A DNA stretch of 64,000 bases, taken from an uncultured cyanobacterium. Its GTDB lineage: Bacteria; Cyanobacteriota; Cyanobacteriia; Cyanobacteriales; CAWCAG01. Positions within the stretch are counted from its first letter, which is position 1; each line of letters opens with the position of its first letter. The stretch spans positions 928,001-992,000 of the forward strand of contig CAWCAG010000007.1 in the NCBI GenBank assembly GCA_963793425.1, given 5' to 3'. Positions 27,042-37,147 of the stretch are shown here, piece after piece. Under the pieces are notes generated by a model. That model did no database searches and was not told where the DNA came from. It saw only the letters and a program-made list of their open reading frames with translations. The position numbers and the translations under genes were made by a program.

Positions 27042-28721
27042 GTGAAATTTTATGTAGGTGTGAGGAACAAATTGAATACTTCTCAAAAAATTAACAGGAT
27101 TTCTTGGCTAAGTTACCCTGCCATGGTAGCTTTAGCTTTCTTGATTGCTCCGGTGGTGGGAGCGGAAGAATCGTTAGTTTCTGAGCAGGAATTAGCCAGC
27201 CAAACTGCCCCAGAAAGTTACCTGGCACAAACCCCAACTGAAGATAGCCAACTCCTCAACCAAATCAATGAATACAGCACTGAAGGGCAAGGAGATATTG
27301 ATCCCCTTGAACAAGTAACCAGTGTTACCCAGCTTTCTGACATCGATCCTTTTTGGTTCCAAGCTGTACAGAAAATGGTTGACAAATACGGCTGCATTGT
27401 TGGCTATCCTGACGGAACTTTCAAAGGCAATCGTAATATAACTCGCTATGAATTTGCAGCAGCTTTGAGCCGCTGTATGGAATGGGTTGAAGCGAATTAT
27501 GGTAGCGTAGAAGATGGAGACTTAGCGACTTTACGCCGCTTAGTTCAAGAGTTTGAAGCAGAATTGGCTGTATTAGGGGCAAGGGTAGATGATTTAGAAG
27601 GTCGAGTTGCTTTCGTTGAAGACCATCAATTTTCTACAACCACAAAGTTAAAGGGAGAAGTTATCTTCGGTGTTTCTGATGCTTTTGGTGGCATAGGGGA
27701 TAATACTAACACTGTTTTTCAAGACAGAGTTCGCCTCAACCTGATTACCAGTTTTACAGGTAAAGATACCTTACAAACTCGTCTCCAGGCTGGTAATGTA
27801 AATCGCCTCATTTCTACTAATGAAGGTCGCTTTACCTACTTCCCTGGCGGTGCTAACAACAATGTTGGTATTGACATCCTACGCTACATCACTCCTGTAG
27901 GAGACAAAGCAACTGTACAAATCATTGCCAACAATGGTTTGCATCACTATTACACTGACACTCTTAACCCCTACTTTGAAAGCGGTGCAGGGGGTACTGG
28001 CGCACTTTCTACCCATGCTGAACGTAATCCCATCTATCGTCTCGGTCCCCTTGGTGCAGGTGCAGCAGTTTCTCTAAGACCAGCTAAAGGAATTAGGTTT
28101 GATGTAGGCTACCTTAGTAATGAAGCTAGCAATCCTGCTGAAGGTGAAGGTTTGTTTGGTGGCAATTATTCCGGCATCGCGCAACTTACCTTTGGTGACC
28201 GCTACAAAGTGGCTTTCACCTATGTTAATTCTTATTCTGGTGCTGGAGATTTTCTCTTAGGTGGGGTTGGTACTAACTTAGCCAATACTCCTGAAGATGC
28301 TGCTGGTATTGGTGCAACCCCTATTTTTACCAATGCTTACGGTATTGAAACATCCTTAAGATTTAGCGAAAGCTTAATTCTTAACGGTTGGGTAGGTAAG
28401 ATGGATTCTCGCTTAATCGGCAGAGGGGATGCTGATATTTGGACATTTAATGCTAACCTGGGCTTCTTGGATCTGGGTGGAGAAGGCAATATGCTTGGTT
28501 TAGGCTTTGGCGCTGAACCAACCTTACGGGGCTTAGAAGTTGATGGAGCGACAATACCATTATCTCAGGATTGGGCTTATCATGCAGAAGCTTTCTACAA
28601 GTACAAGTTAAGCAACAATATCCTAATCACTCCTGGTATAATTTGGTTGCCCAGCGTTAACCAAGACTCCGATAGCGAAGATGTTTTCATCGGCACACTG
28701 AGAACAACCTTCACTTTCTAA
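27042..28721 (+). CDS. SLH-domain OprB-type outer membrane porin
   Basis: QVTSVTQLSD, YGCIVGYPDGTFKG..TRYEFAA, QFSTTTKLKGEVIF, C-terminal LRTTFTF. Confidence 0.95.
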   Translation: MKFYVGVRNKLNTSQKINRISWLSYPAMVALAFLIAPVVGAEESLVSEQELASQTAPESYLAQTPTEDSQLLNQINEYSTEGQGDIDPLEQVTSVTQLSDIDPFWFQAVQKMVDKYGCIVGYPDGTFKGNRNITRYEFAAALSRCMEWVEANYGSVEDGDLATLRRLVQEFEAELAVLGARVDDLEGRVAFVEDHQFSTTTKLKGEVIFGVSDAFGGIGDNTNTVFQDRVRLNLITSFTGKDTLQTRLQAGNVNRLISTNEGRFTYFPGGANNNVGIDILRYITPVGDKATVQIIANNGLHHYYTDTLNPYFESGAGGTGALSTHAERNPIYRLGPLGAGAAVSLRPAKGIRFDVGYLSNEASNPAEGEGLFGGNYSGIAQLTFGDRYKVAFTYVNSYSGAGDFLLGGVGTNLANTPEDAAGIGATPIFTNAYGIETSLRFSESLILNGWVGKMDSRLIGRGDADIWTFNANLGFLDLGGEGNMLGLGFGAEPTLRGLEVDGATIPLSQDWAYHAEAFYKYKLSNNILITPGIIWLPSVNQDSDSEDVFIGTLRTTFTF

Positions 28722-28738
28722 GTAGAAAGTAAATTCAT

Positions 28739-28885
28739 GTAGGGTGGGCAAGTTGAGTAACAAAATCAGCAAAGGAAATCCCTTTATTCTTGCCCACCAT
28801 AACTAATAGCTAATACCCTTGTCATGGTGGGCAAAAATAGTAGAGTTGGTAATTAAGCTTATCTGAGCAAATTTGCCCACCCTAC
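28739..28885. repeat. Double REP-like palindrome bounded by GTAG/CTAC
   Basis: GTAGGGTGGGCAAG..CTTGCCCACCAT..ATGGTGGGCAAA..TTTGCCCACCCTAC. Confidence 0.85.
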
Positions 28886-29012
28886 TAAAACTATTTGTAG
28901 CTTTGATTTATCAAAAAGTTTACCGAAAACGGGTCGCCCCTACAACTAACAACTAATAACTGTACGGCGTAGCCGTTGCAGCATCTCTTACTAACAACTA
29001 ACAACTGATTTA

Positions 29013-29086
29013 GTATCAATACTTACGGAACAATCCAGCAGAGAACTCTAAGATTAGCTATTGGGTAACAATGTAATCTGGGTTAC
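29013..29086 (+). promoter_or_regulatory. NtcA-activated ntcB promoter plus second downstream NtcA box
   Basis: GTA-tcaatact-TAC 29013-29026, 22 nt, TAAGAT 29049-29054; GTA-atctgggt-TAC 29073-29086. Confidence 0.78.
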
Positions 29087-29098
29087 AGATAAATCATT

Positions 29099-30067
29099 AT
29101 GAGGATTGAGCAGTTACAGGCTTTTTTAGCTGTGTCCGAAACCGGAAGCTTCGGACAAGCTGCCCGGAAGTGTGGTGTCACTCAATCTACTATCAGTCGG
29201 CAAATCCAAGCTTTAGAAATGGAATTAGGTTTACCTTTATTCCACCGCTTGGCACAGGCAAAATTAACTTTAGCGGGGGAAAACTTATTACCTCGTGCCA
29301 CAAAAATTTGTAAAGAGTGGCAAACCGCAGCTCAAGAAATAGCCGATTTAATGGCCGGGAAACAACCAGAACTTTGCGTCGCAGCTATCCATTCTGTCTG
29401 TTCCCATTACTTGCCTCCAGTACTGCAACAATTTTGCACCCACTACCCAGAAGTGCAACTGCGAGTCACAGCCTTGGGTAGCGATCGCGCCCTTAAAGTA
29501 CTCCGGGATGGTTTAGTAGATGTGGCGGTGGTGATGAATAACCGCCTGTTAACTGCGAATCCCGAAATGGTAGTAGATACCCTTTACCATGAATCCATTG
29601 AAATACTCATGGGGGCGAATCATCCTTTAACCAAATATCAAAAAGTACCTTGGGCAGAATTAGCTAAATATCCCCAAGTTGTTTTCAAAGACGGTTATGG
29701 AATGCAGCGTTTAGTGCAACGATTATTTGCTGAAGAAGCAAACCTCAATGCTGTCGTGGAGTTGAATACCTTAGATGCTTTTCGCGGAGTAGTCCGACAA
29801 GGGGAAATGATTGCCTTGCTACCCAATGCGGCTTTATTAGATGCCACTAGTGATGTAACCTTAGCCATTCGCCCTATTGCTAATCATCCTTCCTCAAATA
29901 ATACCAAAGGAGAATATGATTTCACCAGAGAAGTTGTTCTTGTCACAACTCGCGATCGCTTACAAATTCCTCCTATTCAGAAGTTTTGTGAGTTAGTGAA
30001 AAAAGTTGCTCAACCTCCAGTACAAAAGCTTAACTCTCAAAAGTTAACAACCCCTCTTGTAGGGTAA
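29099..30067 (+). CDS. ntcB: LysR regulator of nitrate assimilation
   Basis: LysR HTH; ELCVAAIHSVC, VTALGSDRALKVLRDG, QVVFKDGYGMQR; NtcA promoter; cnaT downstream. Confidence 0.85.
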   Translation: MRIEQLQAFLAVSETGSFGQAARKCGVTQSTISRQIQALEMELGLPLFHRLAQAKLTLAGENLLPRATKICKEWQTAAQEIADLMAGKQPELCVAAIHSVCSHYLPPVLQQFCTHYPEVQLRVTALGSDRALKVLRDGLVDVAVVMNNRLLTANPEMVVDTLYHESIEILMGANHPLTKYQKVPWAELAKYPQVVFKDGYGMQRLVQRLFAEEANLNAVVELNTLDAFRGVVRQGEMIALLPNAALLDATSDVTLAIRPIANHPSSNNTKGEYDFTREVVLVTTRDRLQIPPIQKFCELVKKVAQPPVQKLNSQKLTTPLVG

Positions 30068-30099
30068 TAGTAATAGGTAACTTTTAAATTGCTGCAAAA

Positions 30100-31149
30100 A
30101 TGAGCGAAATATTTAGGGAATTACTTAAAAAAGTTGGTAGTGGCACTCACACTAGCAAAGACTTGACTCGTGCCGAGGCAGCAACCGCTACAAAAATGAT
30201 GTTGTTGCAAGAAGCTACTCCTGCCCAAATTGGCGCTTTCATGATTGCCCATCGCATTAAACGCCCGACTCCTGCGGAATTAGCGGGGATGTTAGATGCC
30301 TATGATTCCTTTGGACTAAAACTAGAGGCTTTAGATTCTTCTCCTTATCCAGTCACTGTTTTTAGTAATCCCTATGATGGGCGTTCCCGTACTGCCCCTG
30401 TCATGCCGATCACGGCTTTAATTCTTGCTACAGCAGGAGTTCCGGTGATTATGCACGGGGGAGATTGTATGCCTACCAAGTACGGAGTTCCCCTGGTTGA
30501 GATTTGGCAAGGATTAGGTGCAGACTTTTCTTCTCTGACTCTCTCCCAAAGCCAGCAGGTTTTCGCTAAGACAGGTATTGGTTTTGTCTATTTACCTCAA
30601 CATTTCCCCACAGCGTATAATTTAGTTCCTTACCGAGAACAAATTGGTAAACGTCCTACCCTCGCAACCTTAGAATTAGTTTGGTTTCCTTATTCAGGAG
30701 ATGGTGATTTGATTTCTGGCTTTGTCCATCCTCCTAGTGAAGAACGTTTCCAAAAAACTTTTGCTTTGAAAGGTGTTAATAATTTTACTACAGTTAAAGG
30801 ATTAGAAGGAAGTTGCGACCTTGCCCAAAGTCGCACTGCTATTATCGGCATCAACAAACCTGACACGAAACCTAACTTCCAACGTCTCCATCTCCACCCC
30901 CGCGACTACGATTTAGGGGGGCAAGATGTTCCTTTAGAATCAACTGAACTATTAATCAAACAACTCCAGGAAGTGTTGCAAGGCAAACCAGGAGAATTAA
31001 TGTCCGCAGCAATTTTAAACGGGGGCTTTTATTTGTGGCATAGTGGTGTTTGTCCCGATCTCAGTTCCGCTTTTGCCCAGGCAGAGGCAATTTTAACTAA
31101 GGGTAAAGCTGTCGCTAAATTACAAAGTATTATATCAACAATCAAATAG
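30100..31149 (+). CDS. cnaT: Anthranilate phosphoribosyltransferase-like (YbiB/CnaT) protein
   Basis: KVGSGTHTSKDLTR, GAFMIAHRIKRP, PYDGRSRTAP; directly after ntcB. Confidence 0.8.
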   Translation: MSEIFRELLKKVGSGTHTSKDLTRAEAATATKMMLLQEATPAQIGAFMIAHRIKRPTPAELAGMLDAYDSFGLKLEALDSSPYPVTVFSNPYDGRSRTAPVMPITALILATAGVPVIMHGGDCMPTKYGVPLVEIWQGLGADFSSLTLSQSQQVFAKTGIGFVYLPQHFPTAYNLVPYREQIGKRPTLATLELVWFPYSGDGDLISGFVHPPSEERFQKTFALKGVNNFTTVKGLEGSCDLAQSRTAIIGINKPDTKPNFQRLHLHPRDYDLGGQDVPLESTELLIKQLQEVLQGKPGELMSAAILNGGFYLWHSGVCPDLSSAFAQAEAILTKGKAVAKLQSIISTIK

Positions 31150-31150
31150 C

Positions 31151-31236
31151 TTAAGTAAAACTTATAATTGAAAATTAGAATTTTAATCATAGACAAAAGC
31201 AAATGTTTCTGTGATCATGATAGACTAATCTATATA
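31151..31236 (+). promoter_or_regulatory. Possible CmpR/NdhR LysR sites upstream of cmpA
   Basis: ttaagtaaaacttat; ATAG-acaaaagc-AAAT; ATAG-actaatct-ATAT; imperfect matches to ATAG-N8-CTAT. Confidence 0.4.
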
Positions 31237-31397
31237 AATTAAGAAATTGATTAAAACGCTTGGTCTAGGGTTTAGCAACTAGTTTGCAGCGCTGTATTCG
31301 GCTGCAAAGTTAGATATCAGAGAATTTTATTAATAGCTTTTTTGCAGTTCATTTCAATGTATCTGTCCAGTAAAAACAGGGACAGCTAGGAAGTCTT

Positions 31398-32756
31398 ATG
31401 TCTAATTCACCACAATTTTCTCGACGAAAATTTTTAGCGACCGCTGCTGCTTCTGGGGCTAGTGCTGTATTTCTCAAAGGGTGTTTTGGCAATGCCCTCG
31501 AACCAGGAGATAATACAGCTACAGAACAAGTAAAAGCAAGTGATATTAGTCCAGAGATGATGCCTGAAACAACAGAAGTTGTTTTAGGTTACATTCCCAT
31601 TGTTGAGGCTGCGGCTTTAATTATTGCCCAAGAGAAAGGCTTCTTTGCTAAATATGGCATGACTGATGTAGACATTTCTAAGCAAGCAAACTGGTTATCA
31701 GCCAGGGATAATGTCTCCATTGGGTCTGAAAATGGTGGTATTGATGGGGGACAGTGGCAAATGCCCATGCCCCATTTAATTAGCGAAGGAATTATCACTA
31801 ATGGTAAGAAAGTGCCGATGTATGTCTTGGCGCAACTAAATACTCAGGGTAATGGTATTGCGATCGCAGGTATCCATGAAGGCAAGGGACTTAATTTAGA
31901 TATTGCTGAGGCTGCTGAGTATATCAAAAGCTTTCCTGCTAATGAAGGAAGAAAGTTCAAAGCGGCACACACCTTCCCTCAAGTAAACCAAGATTTCTGG
32001 ATTCGCTATTGGTTTGCGGCTGGTGGTGTTGATCCAGATACTGAAATCGATCTGTTGGCAGTACCACCTGCGGAAACTGTACAGGGAATGCGTAACGGCA
32101 CAATGGATGCTTTTAGTACAGGAGATCCTTGGCCTTATCGTATTGTTGCTGATGATATTGGTCATATGGCAACATTGACCTCTCAGGTGTGGAAGTTTCA
32201 TCCTGAAGAGTATTTAGCAATTCGCGCCGACTGGGTTGATGCCAACCCAAAAGCAACTAAAGCAATCTTAAAAGCAGTTATGGAAGCGCAACAATGGTGT
32301 GATGATGATGCCAACCGAGAGGAATTAGTTGACATTGTTGCCCAGCGCAACTACTTTAATGTACCAGAAGATATCTTGATGCCTCCTTATCAAGGTAACT
32401 ACAAAATGGGAGATAATCAACCAGCAATTGAAGATAAAATGAAGGGGCCATTGTATTGGAAAGACGGTCTTGGCAGCGTTTCTTATCCCTACAAAAGTCA
32501 TGATCTTTGGTTTTTAACAGAAAGTATTCGTTGGGGTTTCCATAAGGAAGCAATTCCTGATATTGATACCGCCAGGAAGATTATTGATCGGGTTAATCGG
32601 GAAGATTTATGGAAAGAAGCCGCCCAAGAAGCCGGCTTTACTGCTGATATTCCCGACGATACATCTAGGGGAGTTGAAACATTTTTTGATGGTAAAGAGT
32701 TCGATCCTGAAGATCCTGAAGCTTATTTAGATAGTTTGGAAATTAAGAATATTTAG
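31398..32756 (+). CDS. cmpA: BCT1 bicarbonate-binding lipoprotein
   Basis: Tat SRRKFL plus lipobox [32 protein letters not shown] (CmpA rather than NrtA). Confidence 0.9.
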   Translation: MSNSPQFSRRKFLATAAASGASAVFLKGCFGNALEPGDNTATEQVKASDISPEMMPETTEVVLGYIPIVEAAALIIAQEKGFFAKYGMTDVDISKQANWLSARDNVSIGSENGGIDGGQWQMPMPHLISEGIITNGKKVPMYVLAQLNTQGNGIAIAGIHEGKGLNLDIAEAAEYIKSFPANEGRKFKAAHTFPQVNQDFWIRYWFAAGGVDPDTEIDLLAVPPAETVQGMRNGTMDAFSTGDPWPYRIVADDIGHMATLTSQVWKFHPEEYLAIRADWVDANPKATKAILKAVMEAQQWCDDDANREELVDIVAQRNYFNVPEDILMPPYQGNYKMGDNQPAIEDKMKGPLYWKDGLGSVSYPYKSHDLWFLTESIRWGFHKEAIPDIDTARKIIDRVNREDLWKEAAQEAGFTADIPDDTSRGVETFFDGKEFDPEDPEAYLDSLEIKNI

Positions 32757-32795
32757 TTAGTTATTAATTATTAAAAGTAGTAAGGAAGGAAAATT

Positions 32796-32950
32796 ATGGC
32801 AGTAAGCACTTCAAAATCCCAGAGAATAAGAAAAAATCGGAACAGGAAAAACAGGTCATTGTCAGAGATCATCCTCAGTATTATAACCTGCGTAACTACG
32901 CCCTAGATTTTCTTGACAATCGCTTTGCCCACGATGAAGACGCTGCTTGA
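32796..32950 (+). pseudogene. Deletion scar: probable cmpB start joined to cmpD C-terminus
   Basis: SD plus ATG MAVSTSKSQR..; other frame DHPQYYNLRNYALDFLDNRFAHDEDAA*, a CmpD/NrtD C-terminus. Confidence 0.8.
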
Positions 32951-33015
32951 TCTAAACCCAATAAAACAGCAAGCAAGATACAATACTCTATAGGATTTAA
33001 ACCAGACAAATATCT

Positions 33016-34878
33016 ATGAATGAAACTTTCAGTCTGACTATCTGGCTAGTGCCTTTATACGCCTTAACTGGGGCAGTGCTAGCTATTCCTTGGTCGCCTG
33101 GCATTATTCGTCAAACTGGGCCAAGACCATCGGGTTATTTTAATATTGTGATGACTCTGATTGCCTGTATTCACAGTTTGTTTGCTTTGTTAGAAACATG
33201 GCATCAACCTGCCCAATACCTCTCATTTCAGTGGCTTCATACTACGGATTTGAATATATCTTTTGATATTGAAATTTCCTCAATTACCATCGGCGCTTTA
33301 CTTTTAGTCACAGGCTTGAATTTGGTTGCTCAAATTTACGCCATTGGTTATATGGAAATGGATTGGGGTTGGGCGCGTTTTTATTCCTTACTCGCTTTGT
33401 TTGAGGCCGGGATATCTACCCTGGTTTTGTGCAATTCCCTTTTCTTCAGCTATGTAGTTTTAGAAATTCTTACTTTAGGGACTTATTTATTAATTGGCTT
33501 GTGGTTTAACCAATCTTTAGTAGTGACAGGGGCAAGGGATGCTTTTTTAACCAAACGGGTAGGGGATTTAATCCTGTTGATGGGGGTGGTTGCTTTATTA
33601 CCTTTAGCAGGGACTTGGAATTATACAGAGTTAGGTGAATGGGCAAAAACGACTACCATTGACCCCAATGTAGCGACTTTACTTTGCTTAGCATTAATTG
33701 CTGGGCCTTTAGGTAAATGCGCTCAATTTCCTTTGCATCTCTGGTTAGATGAGGCCATGGAAGGGCCAATGCCTGCTACTATTTTACGTAACACTATTGT
33801 CGTTTCTACGGGTGCTTGGGTTTTAATTAAATTGCAACCAGTGTTGGCGTTATCTCCTGTAGCTTTAACAGTGATGATTGCCATTGGTGCTGTAACGGCA
33901 ATCGGTGCATCTTTAATTGCGATCGCCCAAATAGATATTAAACGTTCTCTTTCTTATTCTGTTAGTGCCTACATGGGTTTAGTTTTTATTGCCGTGGGGA
34001 CACAGCAGGATGCAACCGCTTTAAGATTGCTATTTACCTACGGAATTGCTATGTCCCTATTAGTAATGAGTGTAGGTGGGGTGGTTTTAAACACCATCAC
34101 CCAAGATTTAACCCAATATGGCGGTTTATGGTCACGTCGTCCTATCTCTGGCTTTTGTTACCTAGTTGGTGCAGCCTCTATGGTTGCTTTTCCTCCTTTG
34201 GGCTGTTTTTGGACATTAACCGAAATGGCAGACAATCTCTGGAATATCCACCCTTTGTTGTTAGGGATATTGATTGTCGTCAATGGCTTAACAGCCTTTA
34301 GTCTCACTCGCCAATTTAGCCTCATTTTCGGTGGCAAACCGAAACAGATGACAGTTCGTTCTCCCGAAGGCTTATGGGCATTGGTTTTACCTATGATGTT
34401 CGGTATGGGATTCGCTTTGCACGTACCTCTTTTGCTGGAAAAATGGAACTTATTACCAGAATGGGAAAATCTTAACTTAACGGCTGCAAATCCTTTAATT
34501 ATCTCAACTTTAGTGGGTGCGGGGGCATCAGCTTTTATCTATCTTAGTGACAACATTGCTAAACCCATTGTCTTAAAACCAAAAGCCATTCAAGACTTTT
34601 TTGCTTACGACTTGTATACCGCCCAAACTTATCGCGTCACTATTGTTTTTGTCGTAGGTTTAGTTTCTCAAATTGTCTATTGGTTTGATTGTTACTTAGT
34701 TGATGGAATAATTAACTTAGTTGGCTTAGCAACTGTTTTCAGTGGTGAAAGTTTGAAATACAACGTTTCTGGACAAGCCCAATTTTATTTCTTATCGATT
34801 TTATTAGGAGTGTTTTTATTGGTTGGGGTAGTTTGTTGGCCCTTTCTCTCGCAAATGTCGTTGGTTCTTTCACCATAA
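33016..34878 (+). CDS. ndhF3: NDH-1(3) subunit F3
   Basis: PWSPGIIRQTGPRP, GYMEMDWGWARF, AQFPLHLWLDEAMEGP. Confidence 0.88.
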   Translation: MNETFSLTIWLVPLYALTGAVLAIPWSPGIIRQTGPRPSGYFNIVMTLIACIHSLFALLETWHQPAQYLSFQWLHTTDLNISFDIEISSITIGALLLVTGLNLVAQIYAIGYMEMDWGWARFYSLLALFEAGISTLVLCNSLFFSYVVLEILTLGTYLLIGLWFNQSLVVTGARDAFLTKRVGDLILLMGVVALLPLAGTWNYTELGEWAKTTTIDPNVATLLCLALIAGPLGKCAQFPLHLWLDEAMEGPMPATILRNTIVVSTGAWVLIKLQPVLALSPVALTVMIAIGAVTAIGASLIAIAQIDIKRSLSYSVSAYMGLVFIAVGTQQDATALRLLFTYGIAMSLLVMSVGGVVLNTITQDLTQYGGLWSRRPISGFCYLVGAASMVAFPPLGCFWTLTEMADNLWNIHPLLLGILIVVNGLTAFSLTRQFSLIFGGKPKQMTVRSPEGLWALVLPMMFGMGFALHVPLLLEKWNLLPEWENLNLTAANPLIISTLVGAGASAFIYLSDNIAKPIVLKPKAIQDFFAYDLYTAQTYRVTIVFVVGLVSQIVYWFDCYLVDGIINLVGLATVFSGESLKYNVSGQAQFYFLSILLGVFLLVGVVCWPFLSQMSLVLSP

Positions 34879-34938
34879 CCAATCTTCTTGACAAAGATGT
34901 TGTTGTGAATTTTTCAATTAATAAAAAATCAATTAATA

Positions 34939-36453
34939 ATGCTTAGTTTTCTGCTTCTTATCCCTGTAATTGGAGCGACTGTTCTTGGTTTCTTACCAGG
35001 AAAAATTGAATCAGGTCGCTTACGACAAATCACCACAGTTTTCGCTGCAATCGCTTTTGCTTGGTCTATCTGGCTATTAACTCAGTTCGATTTAGGTAAC
35101 GCTGCATGGCAATTTTCTGAATATTTACCTTGGGCTAAACAAATTGGCTTAAGTTATAGTTTGGCAGTTGATGGTTTATCCTTGCCTCTGTTGGTTTTAA
35201 ATGCTTTACTCACCATTATTGCTATTTATAGTATTGGTGAAAATGTTGAACGTCCCCGTCTTTATTACTCTTTAATTCTCTTAATTAATGCTGGCATAAC
35301 CGGGGCCTTAACCGCTCAAAACTTGTTATTGTTCATCATCTTCTATGAACTAGAATTAATCCCCTTCTATTTAATGATTGCCATTTGGGGAGGAGAAAAA
35401 AAAGGCTATGCGGCTATTAAATTCTTACTTTATACTGCCGTATCTGGGTTACTAGTTTTAGTGGCATTTTTAGGGATTGCTTTCCTCAGTGGTACAGCTA
35501 GTTTCGACTACGATACCATCACTACCCAAGGACTATCTTTAAATACCCAACTAGTTCTATTAACAATCCTCTTAATTGGCTTCAGTATCAAAATCCCTTT
35601 AGTACCCTTGCATACCTGGCTGCCTGATGCTTATACAGAAGCTTCTCCGGCTGTTACTATCCTTTTAGGAGGCGTTTTCGCTAAACTAGGAACCTATGGT
35701 TTAATTCGCTATGGTTTGCAGCTATTTCCTGATACTTGGTCAGTTGTGGCCCCCGGATTAGCGGTTATTGGTACGGTTAGTGTACTTTATGGGGCATTGA
35801 GTGCGATCGCCCAAAAAGATATTAAACGTATGGTAGCCTATAGTTCCATCGGTCACATGGGTTATATCTTAGTAGCTACAGCGGCTGGGACAAAATTAAG
35901 TATTCTGGGTGCAGTAGCACAAATGATCAGTCATGGTTTAATTTTGGCTTTACTTTTCCACTTAGTGGGTATAATAGAACGCAAAGTTGGCACTCGTGAC
36001 TTAGATGTTCTCAACGGTTTAATGAACCCTATTCGCGGTTTACCCCTCACAAGTGCTTTACTAATCACCGCAGGTATGGCAAGTGCTGGTATTCCTGGTT
36101 TAGTAGGGTTTGCTGCGGAATTTATTGTCTTTCAGGGTAGTTTTGCCACCTTCCCTATTCCTACCTTGCTTTGCATCATTGCCTCTGGCTTAACTGCGGT
36201 ATACTTTGTAATTCTGCTCAATCGTACCTGTTTCGGTAAATTAGACAATCAAAGAGCATATTATCCCACCGTATTACTTTCAGAAACTATTCCTGCTTTT
36301 GTTTTAACTTTAATAATTTTATTTCTCGGTGTCCAACCAAATTGGTTGTTACGTTGGATTGAACCTACCACAGATTTATTGGCAGTAGATATCCATCAAA
36401 CTGAACAAGTTGCTTTACAAAACCCACCAGCAATATTGTTCTCTGAAAAATAA
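34939..36453 (+). CDS. ndhD3: NDH-1(3) subunit D3
   Basis: KIPLVPLHTWLPDAY, GLMNPIRGLP, LLNRTCFGKLDN; follows ndhF3. Confidence 0.88.
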   Translation: MLSFLLLIPVIGATVLGFLPGKIESGRLRQITTVFAAIAFAWSIWLLTQFDLGNAAWQFSEYLPWAKQIGLSYSLAVDGLSLPLLVLNALLTIIAIYSIGENVERPRLYYSLILLINAGITGALTAQNLLLFIIFYELELIPFYLMIAIWGGEKKGYAAIKFLLYTAVSGLLVLVAFLGIAFLSGTASFDYDTITTQGLSLNTQLVLLTILLIGFSIKIPLVPLHTWLPDAYTEASPAVTILLGGVFAKLGTYGLIRYGLQLFPDTWSVVAPGLAVIGTVSVLYGALSAIAQKDIKRMVAYSSIGHMGYILVATAAGTKLSILGAVAQMISHGLILALLFHLVGIIERKVGTRDLDVLNGLMNPIRGLPLTSALLITAGMASAGIPGLVGFAAEFIVFQGSFATFPIPTLLCIIASGLTAVYFVILLNRTCFGKLDNQRAYYPTVLLSETIPAFVLTLIILFLGVQPNWLLRWIEPTTDLLAVDIHQTEQVALQNPPAILFSEK

Positions 36454-36470
36454 CAACTTTTGAGTTAAAT

Positions 36471-37145
36471 ATGTTTTCCAAACGTTTCTTGATAATCTCC
36501 AGTGTTACTTTAATTATTAGCTTAGCGATCGCAGGGGGCAACTTAACTGAGTTATACCAAACCAACGTAGCCCAAGCACAAACTCCTAGACCAGAAACAG
36601 AAGGTATTCGAGTTAACCGAGGGCGTAGGTATTCTAATCCTTTGCCTGATGTTCAAGGTAGCGTTGAGAATTATCAACCCAAGGTAGATTCCCAAGGACA
36701 GTTGGGTAACAATAACCTACCATTACAATTTCCTCTCGGAATCGCTGCCCCAACTACTGTACCTTTCGGTTGGGGTACGAATCCTACTACCAAAGCTAAT
36801 GAATTTAATACAGGTGCAGATTTACAAGCCCCCGTTGGTACTCCTGTGGTAGCAGCTTATCCTGGTACAGTAGCGATCGCAGATTATGAGGAGCAACTTG
36901 GTTTAACTGTGGTGTTGCGCCACGAGAAAGATAGTCAAGAGTCGCAATATGCCCACCTTGACAAAATCTTAATACAATCAGGGGAGCAAATAGAACAAGG
37001 GCAAGTGATTGGTTTGGTAGGGACTACAGGTAAAAGTAGTTTCCCTCATCTCCATTTTGAATGGCGACAATTAACTCCTAGTGGTTGGGTGGCTGTTGAT
37101 CCTACTACTGCTTTAGGGGGGGCAAGAAAGAGGTTAGGAGATTAA
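36471..37145 (+). CDS. M23 peptidase family protein
   Basis: Signal peptide; YAHL, TGKSSFPHLHFEWR; HxxxD appears as NTGAD, so possibly inactive. Confidence 0.85.
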   Translation: MFSKRFLIISSVTLIISLAIAGGNLTELYQTNVAQAQTPRPETEGIRVNRGRRYSNPLPDVQGSVENYQPKVDSQGQLGNNNLPLQFPLGIAAPTTVPFGWGTNPTTKANEFNTGADLQAPVGTPVVAAYPGTVAIADYEEQLGLTVVLRHEKDSQESQYAHLDKILIQSGEQIEQGQVIGLVGTTGKSSFPHLHFEWRQLTPSGWVAVDPTTALGGARKRLGD

Positions 37146-37147
37146 TA

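Noticed and set aside
28739..29010. CRISPR array or IS ends
   Set aside because: Repeats are inverted REP arms and heptamers, with no regular repeat-spacer pattern, cas gene or transposase.
31398..32756. nrtA, given the adjacent ntcB/cnaT
   Set aside because: GGQWQMPMP and GYIPIVE are CmpA-type; NrtA has GAHILxPMP. No clear NtcA promoter upstream.
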